From NCBI GenBank assembly GCA_965216565.1, contig OZ244170.1, positions 3,616,001-3,680,000 on the forward strand: a stretch of DNA of 64,000 nucleotides, read 5' to 3'. How positions within the stretch are numbered: the first letter of the stretch is position 1; each line of letters begins with the position of its first letter. Positions 28,647-40,269 of this stretch are shown piece by piece. Below the pieces are notes generated by a model. That model did not search any database and was not told the DNA's origin. It saw only the letters and a program-made list of their open reading frames with translations. Made by a program: the position numbers and the translations under genes. This DNA is from Bythopirellula sp. (GTDB lineage Bacteria; Planctomycetota; Planctomycetia; Pirellulales; Lacipirellulaceae).

Positions 28647-28961
28647 CTAGCTGGAGATCTTCCCAATCTTCACCCGCGTATGAATCGACCGATGACCGGT
28701 CTTGCGGCGAGAGTTTTTGCGGCGGCGGATTTTTTGCACCACGAGCTTTTCGCCCTTTTCGGCTCCCAGCACTTCGGCTTCCACTTTCGCACCATCCAAG
28801 GCTGGCGTGCCGAGCTGCAGATTGCCCTCGCCGTCGCTCACGGCTAGCACCTTATCGAAGGTGAGCTTGTCGCCGGCGGAACCTTCGCGGAAATCGACCG
28901 TGAGTTCTTGACCTTCTTCAACTTTGTATTGGCGACCGCTGTCGGCGATAATGGCGTACAT
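28647..28961 (-). CDS. rplU: 50S ribosomal protein L21
   Basis: MYAII..GRQYKVEEG, LGTP.L.GAKV and RRK..RRKTGHR motifs. Confidence 0.97.
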   Translation of the reverse strand: MYAIIADSGRQYKVEEGQELTVDFREGSAGDKLTFDKVLAVSDGEGNLQLGTPALDGAKVEAEVLGAEKGEKLVVQKIRRRKNSRRKTGHRSIHTRVKIGKISS

Positions 28962-28967
28962 GGCTCT

Positions 28968-29002
28968 GGGAGGGGTTAGGGGCTAGGAGTTAGGGACTAG
29001 GG
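28968..29002. repeat. G-rich heptamer tandem repeat (GGGYTAG)n in the rplU leader
   Basis: GGGAGGGGTTAGGGGCTAGGAGTTAGGGACTAGGG. Confidence 0.75.
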
Positions 29003-29103
29003 TTCTCGATTTTTTGGGCGAGCCTTACAATTTAGCGAATTCACGGAACATCGTCGAGGGGTCGGGTGTCGAGAATGGCCGCGATCCGATGGATTGCCGG
29101 GGC

Positions 29104-30729
<1,626 letters not shown>

Positions 30730-30876
30730 GGTGCTACTTTCTGATTGTTTGTGACGCTTCGTCCGTCGATCCGCTTGTGGTTTTCGTTTTGGGATGTCGG
30801 TTTGCATCAGATATTTCGTTGACTTTTATTTCGTTGACTTCGTTATTTGTGTTTCCCAACGCGGTACTAAGTACTG

Positions 30877-32619
30877 CTACACTGGAAACTCTGGGAATAC
30901 TTTGGATAATTCTTCTTTGAGATAGGTTTTCACTTCACGCGCGCCTTCGAGAGTGCGGACGTGCTCGGCAACCTTCTCGCATTGTTCAATATTCACACTA
31001 CGGCAGACACGCTTGACTTCGGGCACTGCCGCTGGAGTGACGCTAAAGGAGCGCAGGCCCATACCCAACAGCAGCATGGTGTACATGGGATTGCCGCTCA
31101 TCTGGCCGCACATACTAATTGGTATGTTGTGCTGGTTGGCTGTTGTTAAAGCCATCTGAATCATACGAATCACAGCCGGATCGGCTCCGGTGTAAAGACT
31201 CGCCACATCCTTATTGCTACGATCCACTGCCAAGCAATATTGGATGAGGTCGTTTGTACCGATACTGAAAAAATCGACCTCTTCCACAAATCGGTCCATC
31301 ATCATGATGGCCGAGGGGACTTCTACCATCATGCCAATTTGTAGATCGCGATTGAATTCGATGCCAAGTTCTTCTAAATCCTCCATGGCATCGGCCAGCA
31401 CCATCTTGGCCTGGCGAAATTCCAGCATCGTGCTCACCAGCGGGAACATAATGCGGATATCACCCAACGTGCTCGCTCGCAGGATGGCGCGCAACTGCAC
31501 ACGGAACAAATCGCGATTGCGAAGAGCCAGGCGAATGCTTCGCAATCCGAGAAACGGATTGCGCTCGTCCTCAGGATCTGGGAGCGAGCGCATTTTGTCG
31601 GCGCCCAAGTCGAGCGTCCGCATGACGATCGGTTGATCCTTGATATCGTTGGCTACGGAGGCATAGGCCTCGAAGTGAGTTTCCTCGGATGGATCGTCAT
31701 CGACCCCCAGGTAGAGAAATTCCGTTCGATAGAGCCCGATGCCGGCCGCGCCACGTTCCTGGCACTGCTTCACTTCGTGGGGGAACTCGATATTACCCAA
31801 CAGAGTGATTTTCTGGCCGCAGGTGGTTTCGGCGGCCAAATCTCGCAACGTTTCCAGCTTGGCTGCTAGGTTGCGCTGCTCTTCTACTTCATGCCGATAT
31901 CGGGCAAGCGTCTCTTCGTCGGGGTGCAGGATGATCTGCCCCTGATCGCCATCGATGATGATGGTATCGCCGCCCGAAATGTCGGTCATGAATGGCCCAA
32001 CACCCACAATTGCCGGAATCCCCAAGCCCTCGGCCACAATCGCCGTATGGCTCCCGGGCCCGCCAATCTCTGTGACCATACCCAAGACGAACCGCGGATT
32101 GAGGTGGGCCGTCTCGCTCGGTGTAAGGTTGTGAGCGAGTACCAACACGGGCGACGTAATCTGCGAAAGTTCTTCGCGGCGCCGACCGAGCAAATTGCGG
32201 AGGATTCTTTTTTCGATGTCAAAGATGTCATTTGCACGCTCTGCCATGTACTTGCCTTCCAAGGACTGGAAGACTTTGGCATAGCGACGTAGAGCACGGC
32301 TCACCGCATACTCGGGCGAGTAGTGGCGGGTGCGGATCATCTCTTGAATTTCTTCGTGCAGGCGAGGGTCACGAAGCATTTGCAGATGGGCCGAGAAGAT
32401 CGCGGCGTAGTCGTCACCTAATTGGTCGGCAACGCGCTTGCGATTGTGCTCCACCTCTTCCACCGCAGCATCGAACGCCTTGCCTAGACGCTCAAGCTCT
32501 TGCTCGACGGCATCGCGCGGCAGGAAACGACGGGGGATCCGAAATCCCTCGTTATCGAGAACCAATGCTTCGCCGATCGCAATACCAGGCGATACGGCAA
32601 TGCCTTGGAGGCGTTCCAT
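30877..32619 (-). CDS. ptsI: PEP-protein phosphotransferase (PTS enzyme I)
   Basis: GSHTAIVA (phospho-His), GLYRTEF, RTLDLGADK, NPFLGLR, SIGTNDL and MCGQ motifs. Confidence 0.96.
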   Translation of the reverse strand: MERLQGIAVSPGIAIGEALVLDNEGFRIPRRFLPRDAVEQELERLGKAFDAAVEEVEHNRKRVADQLGDDYAAIFSAHLQMLRDPRLHEEIQEMIRTRHYSPEYAVSRALRRYAKVFQSLEGKYMAERANDIFDIEKRILRNLLGRRREELSQITSPVLVLAHNLTPSETAHLNPRFVLGMVTEIGGPGSHTAIVAEGLGIPAIVGVGPFMTDISGGDTIIIDGDQGQIILHPDEETLARYRHEVEEQRNLAAKLETLRDLAAETTCGQKITLLGNIEFPHEVKQCQERGAAGIGLYRTEFLYLGVDDDPSEETHFEAYASVANDIKDQPIVMRTLDLGADKMRSLPDPEDERNPFLGLRSIRLALRNRDLFRVQLRAILRASTLGDIRIMFPLVSTMLEFRQAKMVLADAMEDLEELGIEFNRDLQIGMMVEVPSAIMMMDRFVEEVDFFSIGTNDLIQYCLAVDRSNKDVASLYTGADPAVIRMIQMALTTANQHNIPISMCGQMSGNPMYTMLLLGMGLRSFSVTPAAVPEVKRVCRSVNIEQCEKVAEHVRTLEGAREVKTYLKEELSKVFPEFPV

Positions 32620-32933
32620 TGCGGCCTCACTACACGCCAGCAGCAGCGGGGCGCGAGTGCCGATCTATGCATGAAACTTTAAAAAGGGAGGATAATGCGA
32701 TTTCACGCGAGATCAAACCATTTGATCTGCGCCACAAACTCATATGCAATTGCTTCTTGCCACATCAATCGATAACTCGGGCAAGTCAACAAAAGTAGCT
32801 CCCGAAAGTCTCAGGCAACAGGCCGAACTCTCGTCACCCAGCCTAAGCGGCTGGACGCTTACGTGGTTTCAAACCCAAGTGCTTATCGGATTGGCGCCCC
32901 AAAGAGATGCGAACACCCCTGAGGCCGTGCCAG

Positions 32934-33242
32934 TTATCCCGAACTGCCTTGGCTCATTGTTTCATCACTAGCGAAATCGCTTTCGACCAGCCGGGTGAGC
33001 GCCTCAATCGCTTCTTTGGCGTCGGCCCCTCGGGCTTGCAGGATCACTTCCGTTCCCTGCGCAGCTCCCAAAGTGAGCACGTGCAAGATGCTTTTGGCGT
33101 CTACGGACTGGTTGTTGCGAATCACTTCAACTTCTGACTCAAACTGCATCGCCGTGCGCGCCAGCATTTCTGCAGGTCTTGCATGTAATCCTTGCGGATT
33201 GCTGATGACTACCGTGTTTTGCACACAAGGCGATTCCATCAA
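32934..33242 (-). CDS. ptsH: HPr-family phosphocarrier protein
   Basis: GLHARPA (His15) and DAKSIL (Ser46) motifs. Confidence 0.95.
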   Translation of the reverse strand: MMESPCVQNTVVISNPQGLHARPAEMLARTAMQFESEVEVIRNNQSVDAKSILHVLTLGAAQGTEVILQARGADAKEAIEALTRLVESDFASDETMSQGSSG

Positions 33243-33333
33243 GTAATCTCTTTATCTCTCTTGGCTGTTACTGGCTTGGCTGTTACTGGGGCAGTTATCT
33301 CCGACCAACCTGAACGGCTGTCAGGTGCCTCCG

Positions 33334-33807
33334 TCAGACAAACTGGTTGTTATCCGCTTCTTCTAACAACTGCCAAACGTCGTCGGACGTCTTGCTTTGC
33401 TTCAGAAGCTTGCAGAAAGTATCGTCGCGAAGCTGTCGCGAGATATTTTCTAAGGCCCGAAGGTGGTCGCCTGGTCGATCGGGAGGAGAGATTAACAAGA
33501 ACAACAGGTGCACTTTCTCGCCGTCTAGGCTATCGAAATCGACACCGTCCTCGCTCACCGCTACTGTACCTACCAACTCGTCGACACTGGGGTGTTTGGT
33601 GTGAGGCACAGCGACCCCGCGACCAATTCCTGTGCTGCCCAACTCTTCTCTTTTTAGAACCGCTTCGACGATGCTCTTGTGTTGATCTTCAGTGATCTTT
33701 CCCGACTCCAGCAGGGCCGTTGCCATGGCTTGGATCACCTGCTCTTTGTCGTCTACGTCTAAGCTGGTTCGAATCGCATCGCGACTCACAAAATCAACAA
33801 ACTTCAT
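33334..33807 (-). CDS. ptsN: PTS EIIA component (Ntr/fructose type)
   Basis: REELGSTGIG.GVAVPH, FDSLDG and HLRAL motifs. Confidence 0.92.
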   Translation of the reverse strand: MKFVDFVSRDAIRTSLDVDDKEQVIQAMATALLESGKITEDQHKSIVEAVLKREELGSTGIGRGVAVPHTKHPSVDELVGTVAVSEDGVDFDSLDGEKVHLLFLLISPPDRPGDHLRALENISRQLRDDTFCKLLKQSKTSDDVWQLLEEADNNQFV

Positions 33808-33986
33808 AAGATACTCCACTCACAAATATGTATTTATGCAAAGGCGCTCGGCCGAGGAGCAATCGCTCCGCCACTGGGCACTGGTACTTTTTTGAATAAC
33901 ATCGCCACGAGCCACCCGGGCTGCGCAACGCTTCAACAACCTAACTTACTTACTCGAATCTAAGGCTCAGCTTATTCAACTTCACC

Positions 33987-34343
33987 TTATTCCTCTTCAC
34001 CCTCTCCTTCGATCGGTGCCGGCTCGAGCCGGCGTACCGAAGGATTGCGATGCTTGTCTTGAACTCGTTCTTTGTATTTTCGTAATTGCTGTTCGATCTT
34101 GTGAATACACGATTCAAACGACTTCATTAAGTTGTCGGATTGATCATGAGCTACGAAATCGTGTTTATGTTCAGCAGATGCTTTGATGTCGACTTTTGGT
34201 AGGTTTTCGTCTTTCACATCGACGACGATCTCAATCGCAGTCAGGCGGTCGAAAATTCGACCCAGCTTTTCAGCTTTCACCTTCAGCTTTTCCTGCGAAG
34301 CGTCGCTCAAATGACCATGTCGAACGGATATATCGAGCTGCAC
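33987..34343 (-). CDS. hpf: Ribosome hibernation promoting factor (HPF/RaiA)
   Basis: ISVRHGHLS...K.EKL; KIEQQLRKYKER; position upstream of ptsN. Confidence 0.88.
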   Translation of the reverse strand: MQLDISVRHGHLSDASQEKLKVKAEKLGRIFDRLTAIEIVVDVKDENLPKVDIKASAEHKHDFVAHDQSDNLMKSFESCIHKIEQQLRKYKERVQDKHRNPSVRRLEPAPIEGEGEEE

Positions 34344-34595
34344 GTAGGGGAACTCCTTGCCAGAGTGCGGGGACTGGTCATCGGCCTCAGGGATCCAATG
34401 CCTTTGGTAGAGACCTATTTTAGAACTTCATTCTAGCGATTTACGATCCAGACGACAAACCTACTCGCTCAGTTATTTGCGAGCACTTCCCGGAAAAAGG
34501 GCCATTTTTGCCATTGCGTCGTACCCAGCGAGCCTGTCTAGACGGCCTTGATCCGACCACTCCAACCGAGAGGCCCTACCTGGGAGACCTAGGCA

Positions 34596-36974
34596 TCAAG
34601 ACCCGGCCGGCATGAGATCGTTGGACTCGAATCGATTCCACAACTTCCGCAATGCGCGTTGCCGCTGCGAGGAGTCGGCCTCGGGACGATAGCCCGCCTT
34701 GTAGGTGGATCCGGTAATCTGGTTGAGGTTGTAAGTTGCCAGCACTCGATAATCGAGGCTTTCGTTGTCTAACCAGCCCAGCAATTTGACCAATGCCCCG
34801 TTCTGTTGCTGCTCGGCAGTGAGGCCAACTTCCTGGTCGCTATAGCCCTGGACCATTTCCATTAAATCCTGGGTGGCCTCGCGGCCTCGCAGTGTTTCGA
34901 ATGCATCTCGCACTTGTGCAGCAACTTTGGGGCTCAGTGCTATCGCTGCGCGGAGACTATCAATATGGTCGTCCCAAGCTTTGCGTTGATCCACGTCACT
35001 CAGCGACTTCACGAAAGGCTCGAATTGCCCAACGTGCAAACTCGATTTTGCGGCCAAGGTGCGCACCTCGCGCCGACGGCCTAGTCCTGCCGGATCATTT
35101 AGTTCAAGTAGAGTGATCTCAACGGGCTCCTTCTCGACCAATTGTTCGGAGAGAGCCTTCTTGGCACGACGTTCGATGTCGGTCACCTCTTCGTGATCGA
35201 TCCACACCGGTAGCTCTTCGATTGGCGAAGGCAGTTCGTCGATGCCTTCAATCGTTTTCCAAGCTGATGGGGCTTCAATCGTTTGCTTGCCGCCGCCTAA
35301 CCCGGGCCATTGCACACTGCCGCTGGTCAGGTACCAATCGACCTCAATAGGCGCCACCTCGGTTTCGAAATTGCTACCCGGCACAAATACGCGACGCACC
35401 TTGACTGCAAGACTGGCAGAACCACCCAACTTCATCTCGCGAGTGTCCTCACCTAGCTTCAGCAGTAGCGGCCCACCATCCAAACCTGCATTGATCAATA
35501 GTCGGCCATACAGGACATCGAGACCGACCCCCCCTTCACTAGAGAGTTGGTCGGCGTCGAGAATTTGAACGCGCGTCCCGCCAGCCAAATAGATGTTCAT
35601 CTCTTGCAAAGATATATGGGGCCGAAATGTTGGGAGTGTCAGCAAGTGATCGCCACCTGTGATGGCTGTTCTTGGTGGCATGCGAATCCACTTTCCCGTC
35701 TCAAAATCTCGACGCAACAGAATATCGGCAGCCACACTCAGGTAGTTGCCCATTTGAACCGGCCCTTCCGGCTCTGGTGGAGGCGGCACTGAAGACGCCC
35801 CCCCTACACCAAAATCATCTGTCAGTGCATCGTCGGTCGCGACTCGATCAGACCCTACTCCTAAAATGGGTCTCACAGGATCGGTCGTTTGCGGCGGCAA
35901 CGGGGCATCGGGCGTGGCCTCTGCCAAGGGATCGCCATCTAAGGGACTGCTAGTCGAGGAATCGCCATCGGCACCAGACGTCGCGGTGCTAACCCCGGGA
36001 ACCACTGAATCGGGCTGACTTGCGGCAACGGCGTCATTCGTCGAATCGAGGTCGCCCGCTGAAGGGGAATCCACTTCTTTCTCCTCAGCTTCGCCTGAGG
36101 AAGTCGCATCGTCGGCAGAACCCTCGCCCTCCCCTGTGGTCTCAGAAGAGTCCGTCTCTGGTACAAACGGAGGCGCCGACGAATCGTTGGTCTCAACCTG
36201 AGGCTCAGGTTCGCTTACCGATTCGATTTCAATAGCAGGTCCGCTTTCGATGCTTTGCATGTCAACCGAGGCCACGCCTTCCGGCAATTCCGGCTCAGCA
36301 ACTGGACGAAAGAGAAAATAGCCCAACGCCCCAAACATCGCGACAATGCAAGCTGCTGCTACCAGACGCAGTTTGTGATGACGCTCGGCAGTGGCAGCGC
36401 GCAAATAGTCCGGCACCTCAGCTTCTTCTTCCACATACTCATACGAAGGTGGCACGGGTGCGATGGGCACCTGGGGACGCGGTGCTGCGGGTTGTTCGAC
36501 AGGGGGTGCCTGGTGAGCGGGTTCGATTCTTAGCGACTTCGTCCGCTCGGCTTCTTCCGGCAAACGATACATCCGATCGCGAATCGAGGTTTCGATCTCT
36601 GCCGGCTCACCCAATACCATCGTCAGCACATGATGGCACGAAGCCACCTCGGCCAAATGCATATCGGCTTCGGTACCCGGCTCCAGGCAAATCCGCTCGA
36701 ACTCGGCGACGCGCTCAGGAGAAAGTGTATTGTCCAAATACTCCGAAACCGTATTGGCATCAGCAGTGTCAGCCTCGTCTCCCAGTACATCCTGGCTATC
36801 TTCGGCAAGAACCGCGGGGGCACCCAATCGAAGACGGCGAACTGTATCGCGGGAGCGATGAATCAACTCAGTGGCAAAATCACTGGACTCAATTTTCTTG
36901 CCCAGATCTTCATGGTCCTCTGGTTCTAGAATGTCATCGACATAAGCCAGCAATGTTCGGAGGGTGAGTCGCAT
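34596..36974 (-). CDS. Large single-TM hypothetical protein with anti-sigma-like N-terminal repeats
   Basis: LLAYVDDILEP and VSEYLDNTLSP segments, one TM helix, acidic low-complexity linker and a folded C-terminal region. Confidence 0.8.
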   Translation of the reverse strand: MRLTLRTLLAYVDDILEPEDHEDLGKKIESSDFATELIHRSRDTVRRLRLGAPAVLAEDSQDVLGDEADTADANTVSEYLDNTLSPERVAEFERICLEPGTEADMHLAEVASCHHVLTMVLGEPAEIETSIRDRMYRLPEEAERTKSLRIEPAHQAPPVEQPAAPRPQVPIAPVPPSYEYVEEEAEVPDYLRAATAERHHKLRLVAAACIVAMFGALGYFLFRPVAEPELPEGVASVDMQSIESGPAIEIESVSEPEPQVETNDSSAPPFVPETDSSETTGEGEGSADDATSSGEAEEKEVDSPSAGDLDSTNDAVAASQPDSVVPGVSTATSGADGDSSTSSPLDGDPLAEATPDAPLPPQTTDPVRPILGVGSDRVATDDALTDDFGVGGASSVPPPPEPEGPVQMGNYLSVAADILLRRDFETGKWIRMPPRTAITGGDHLLTLPTFRPHISLQEMNIYLAGGTRVQILDADQLSSEGGVGLDVLYGRLLINAGLDGGPLLLKLGEDTREMKLGGSASLAVKVRRVFVPGSNFETEVAPIEVDWYLTSGSVQWPGLGGGKQTIEAPSAWKTIEGIDELPSPIEELPVWIDHEEVTDIERRAKKALSEQLVEKEPVEITLLELNDPAGLGRRREVRTLAAKSSLHVGQFEPFVKSLSDVDQRKAWDDHIDSLRAAIALSPKVAAQVRDAFETLRGREATQDLMEMVQGYSDQEVGLTAEQQQNGALVKLLGWLDNESLDYRVLATYNLNQITGSTYKAGYRPEADSSQRQRALRKLWNRFESNDLMPAGS

Positions 36975-37115
36975 ATTTTGTTTCTCGAGTTCTCATTCTC
37001 GGGGGGGAACCTGCGCGGGAGCGCATTGGCACCCGCCTTTACCAGTATTAGTGGCAAGCCGCAAATTGGTTCGTGCAGAATTCCTGCGAGAAAACAGAGA
37101 ATTATCGAGAGATGC

Positions 37116-37478
37116 CTAGGATCGCAGAAAAATCAGCGACCGCAGGTCGCTTAGCTGTCCACTCGACTGCTGTTCCCGTCGTCGTTCTGCCAAGCTCTTG
37201 GCAGCCGGGAACACAATCAAGGCCAAGAGAGAGGCCGAAATCTGAAATCCTGCCACAGCCAGCGGGTGGAGGCGCGGCAAAGTGTCCGCTCGCAGCGTGG
37301 TTCGCAACGCCTGAGGAGGCTCCCAGCCATCGACTGTTCTGACCCAAGTCGAGGTATCAAAGCGAGTAGCGACGATATCTGGCTCTCCCCGAGCTTGTTC
37401 AAAATGGCTCAGCAGTGCGCAGATTAACGCGACCAGGCAAACGGTAGTCAAACATCGGGCCAAGACGAACGCCTCCAT
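37116..37478 (-). CDS. Hypothetical membrane protein
   Basis: Two hydrophobic segments around WVRTVDGWE; start uncertain. Confidence 0.5.
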   Translation of the reverse strand: MEAFVLARCLTTVCLVALICALLSHFEQARGEPDIVATRFDTSTWVRTVDGWEPPQALRTTLRADTLPRLHPLAVAGFQISASLLALIVFPAAKSLAERRREQQSSGQLSDLRSLIFLRS

Positions 37479-38001
37479 TAGGGCCGCCACCGAGATAAGA
37501 AGAAAACTGCGTGGTGGTACCCAGAGAAGTTGCAACCGGCATTCCGAGTCGCAACGCATTCAACAGCGTTTCATGCAGAAAACCCTGCTATTGCAGTGCG
37601 ATACGCCGTTGCAAAAGAAAAGCAGAAGCCCGGAGATGAGGTAATTCCGCCACAGGCAAGTTGCGCGAGTGTTGCGATTATTCAACACTTGCGCACTGAA
37701 GGGGTCATTCCGCAAGTTGCCCCCACGCACAAGTCAAGCGCCTGGCTTAATTTTCTTAGCCGTACTAATCGCTAAGTTTCGGCAAAATTATTTTCAATTT
37801 CGTTACTGTTTGCCTGTCTGACATTTACGTCACGAAATTTTCTAGAAACTACTCCGCAGAGCATTTGCAGAATAAAATTTAGTAGCAATTCAGTTATGGT
37901 ATGCGTATCGTAATTGTCAGAAGGGCACGACGTAACGGCAAGGAAGCATTGGCTTGCGTGAAATAACAAAACAACTCGCGCATGAGAAAGCAAAGTTGCC
38001 T

Positions 38002-38517
38002 ATGTCTACTCAACAGAGAGAACGAGTCCGTCGAGTACGCCGCGAAGCGGAGGGATATCTCGAACTAGGGATGCCCGAGTACGCTCTGCGCTCGCTTCAA
38101 CGCCGAGGACGCTTGGTTCACAGCGACTCGCGAGGTTGCTATCTACTTGGCGAATGCCTGCGAGAACTTCGTCGCTATAACGAAGCCATCTTTCCCCTTC
38201 GCCGAAGCCTGCAACTCATCCCCGACGACATCCACGCGTGGATGGCACTGGCTTGGTGCTACAAACGTGTTGGGCAATTAGACCGTGCGATCGGCTCGCT
38301 AGAACGGGCCGTGGAAATCGAACCGGGCGAAGCGGTGTTGCACTACAACCTGGCCTGCTATTGGAGCCTGGCCCACAATCCTCATCAGGCGCTCCGCTAT
38401 CTAACGAACGCCTTGGATATCGACGGCAACTTCCGCGACTTTGTTTCGGACGAACCCGACTTCGATCCAATGCGAGCCGACCCGCAGTTCCAAAGCCTTA
38501 CCGGCATGCTGGGTTAG
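38002..38517 (+). CDS. Tetratricopeptide repeat protein
   Basis: AEGYLELGM, TPRs and C-terminal HYNLACYWSL...DEPDFDPMR. Confidence 0.88.
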   Translation: MSTQQRERVRRVRREAEGYLELGMPEYALRSLQRRGRLVHSDSRGCYLLGECLRELRRYNEAIFPLRRSLQLIPDDIHAWMALAWCYKRVGQLDRAIGSLERAVEIEPGEAVLHYNLACYWSLAHNPHQALRYLTNALDIDGNFRDFVSDEPDFDPMRADPQFQSLTGMLG

Positions 38518-38772
38518 TGAGATGGTGCCGACGGTGCACTCTCGATGAATAGGGAAGAGACCTTTCCTTCGGTGATCTTTCCATGCCCTTGAAATGCCTC
38601 CTTTAATGCCATTTTCTTGATTCGCCTCTAGGATCAGATAACATGGGGGCTTACTGAGACCCTGGGGCTTCCGATTTCTACTCGTTCCCTAGCGCCATGT
38701 TTTCTCTAAGATTCACTTGAGACTTCACCAACACCGATCTCCCTCTGCTAATTCCTAACGATTGGTCGGCTC

Positions 38773-40080
38773 ATGAACACGAACAAAACCATCGTCCTAT
38801 TATCGCCCGCATTGATCGCTCTCTTCTCTACAGTTTTGTGTGCCAACCAATGGACCGGAGGTGCTGGCGATTGGTTCGACGGAACCAATTGGATCGGTGG
38901 CGTACCTGACATCACTCGTCTCGCAGACATCCGTGATGGCGATGTTCAATTCAATGCACCTGCTTTCGCACGAGAACTAAGGGTCGCCACAAATGGAATC
39001 GACGGCACGTTAGGCGAATTAGCTGGTACGGACAATCTAACGATCGAACGTAGCGCGGGTATTGGAACTGCATCTGGCACTCTGACTCGTACCGGTGCAG
39101 TGTCAATCATAGGCGGGGACTTTTCGCTCGGTGATCTGAACTTCGCCGGCAGCTTAGCAGTTGGCACTGCAAGTGGCACTGGAACCGACAATGTAGCGGT
39201 GGGTAACGGTAGTTTATCTGTTACTGACGGGAATGTCATATTGACTTCAAATGTGATTGCAAGCGTCGGAACTGCTGGTGGAACTGGTACCAACAACACC
39301 CATACCGGCAATGGACAGGTCGACATTACGAATGGAAATTTTGAAGGAAGTACACTTCGGGTTGGTATTGCTGGTGGCACCGGTAGTGCTAATGGCTTTG
39401 CCGATGGCACTGTTTCGGTGACCGGTGGCGATTTAGTCTTTTCGCAGTCGATTACCGTCGGTCTATCGGGGGGCACGTCAAATTTTGACGGAGACGCTGT
39501 GGGTCTGCTCACCGTCGATCAGGGAAATATTTTTACCGACATCATTATTGTCGGGAGAACGTCGTTTCAGAGTAACGCATCTGGCATCTCTGATGGCAGG
39601 CTTATCATTAGCGACGGAAATATCATGATGGAAGAGATGAGTGTTGGACTTCCAATAAGTGGTCCTACTTACGGCCTTGTTGAGCAGACACGGGGCGTGA
39701 TTAATGGGTTTGACTTCACGCTGGGAACTGCGGGCGACTTGGTGCTTGGAATCGATGGCACAGTTCTCGGTGATGAGTATAGCCAGTTGAAAGCGAATAA
39801 CGTCGCGCTGGATGGCAACGTCGAAGCCCGTTTTCAAAATGGCTTTCTGCCTCAGGGTGGCGACAGTTTCGATTTGGTAGTTTCCGATAATCTGACTGGC
39901 AACTACAACTTGTCGATCACTGGCATCAACCAGCAAGACTATCCCAACCTGCGAATCGTTGAATCCAGTCGGCTGATCCGTGTGAAGTTCTTGGTCCCAG
40001 AGCCTCAACTTGGACTGCTTCTAGTCGCTTGCCCCGGGCTTTTCACGTGGATGAGGCCGTCAAAGCGACTCAGTCGATGA
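38773..40080 (+). CDS. Secreted Gly-rich beta-helix-like protein with PEP-CTERM sorting signal
   Basis: Signal peptide, WTGGAGDW, repeated VG.ASGTG units, C-terminal VPEP + TM + basic tail. Confidence 0.85.
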   Translation: MNTNKTIVLLSPALIALFSTVLCANQWTGGAGDWFDGTNWIGGVPDITRLADIRDGDVQFNAPAFARELRVATNGIDGTLGELAGTDNLTIERSAGIGTASGTLTRTGAVSIIGGDFSLGDLNFAGSLAVGTASGTGTDNVAVGNGSLSVTDGNVILTSNVIASVGTAGGTGTNNTHTGNGQVDITNGNFEGSTLRVGIAGGTGSANGFADGTVSVTGGDLVFSQSITVGLSGGTSNFDGDAVGLLTVDQGNIFTDIIIVGRTSFQSNASGISDGRLIISDGNIMMEEMSVGLPISGPTYGLVEQTRGVINGFDFTLGTAGDLVLGIDGTVLGDEYSQLKANNVALDGNVEARFQNGFLPQGGDSFDLVVSDNLTGNYNLSITGINQQDYPNLRIVESSRLIRVKFLVPEPQLGLLLVACPGLFTWMRPSKRLSR

Positions 40081-40197
40081 CTAGGCCCAGAGTCATAGGG
40101 GCATGCTAGGTTAATGGCAAAGCTTTAGGTGCAATTCTTCGAGTCCTGCTGACTTCAATTCATGACTGCCATGAGACATTAGCCGCGATTGCTCCAC

Positions 40198-40232
40198 AAA
40201 AAAACCCGGCTGACGCTCGCGCGCCAGCCGGG
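40198..40232 (-). terminator. Intrinsic terminator of the beta-barrel gene
   Basis: CCCGGCTG/CAGCCGGG stem with a T7 tract on the minus strand. Confidence 0.75.
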
Positions 40233-40269
40233 ATAATGGAAACCCTCAGCTTCGGTTCGTAAACAAGGC

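Noticed and set aside
28647..28961. rplU not followed by rpmA
   Set aside because: Cannot tell from this window whether the separation is lineage-normal or caused by the adjacent insertion.
23419..29002. Heptamer tracts as terminal inverted repeats of a 5.6-kb element
   Set aside because: The enclosed genes are core (nrdJ, rplU), there is no transposase, and the tracts are low-complexity.
30812..30840. Tandem 14-bp duplication TATTTCGTTGACTT
   Set aside because: Only two copies; most simply a slippage duplication.
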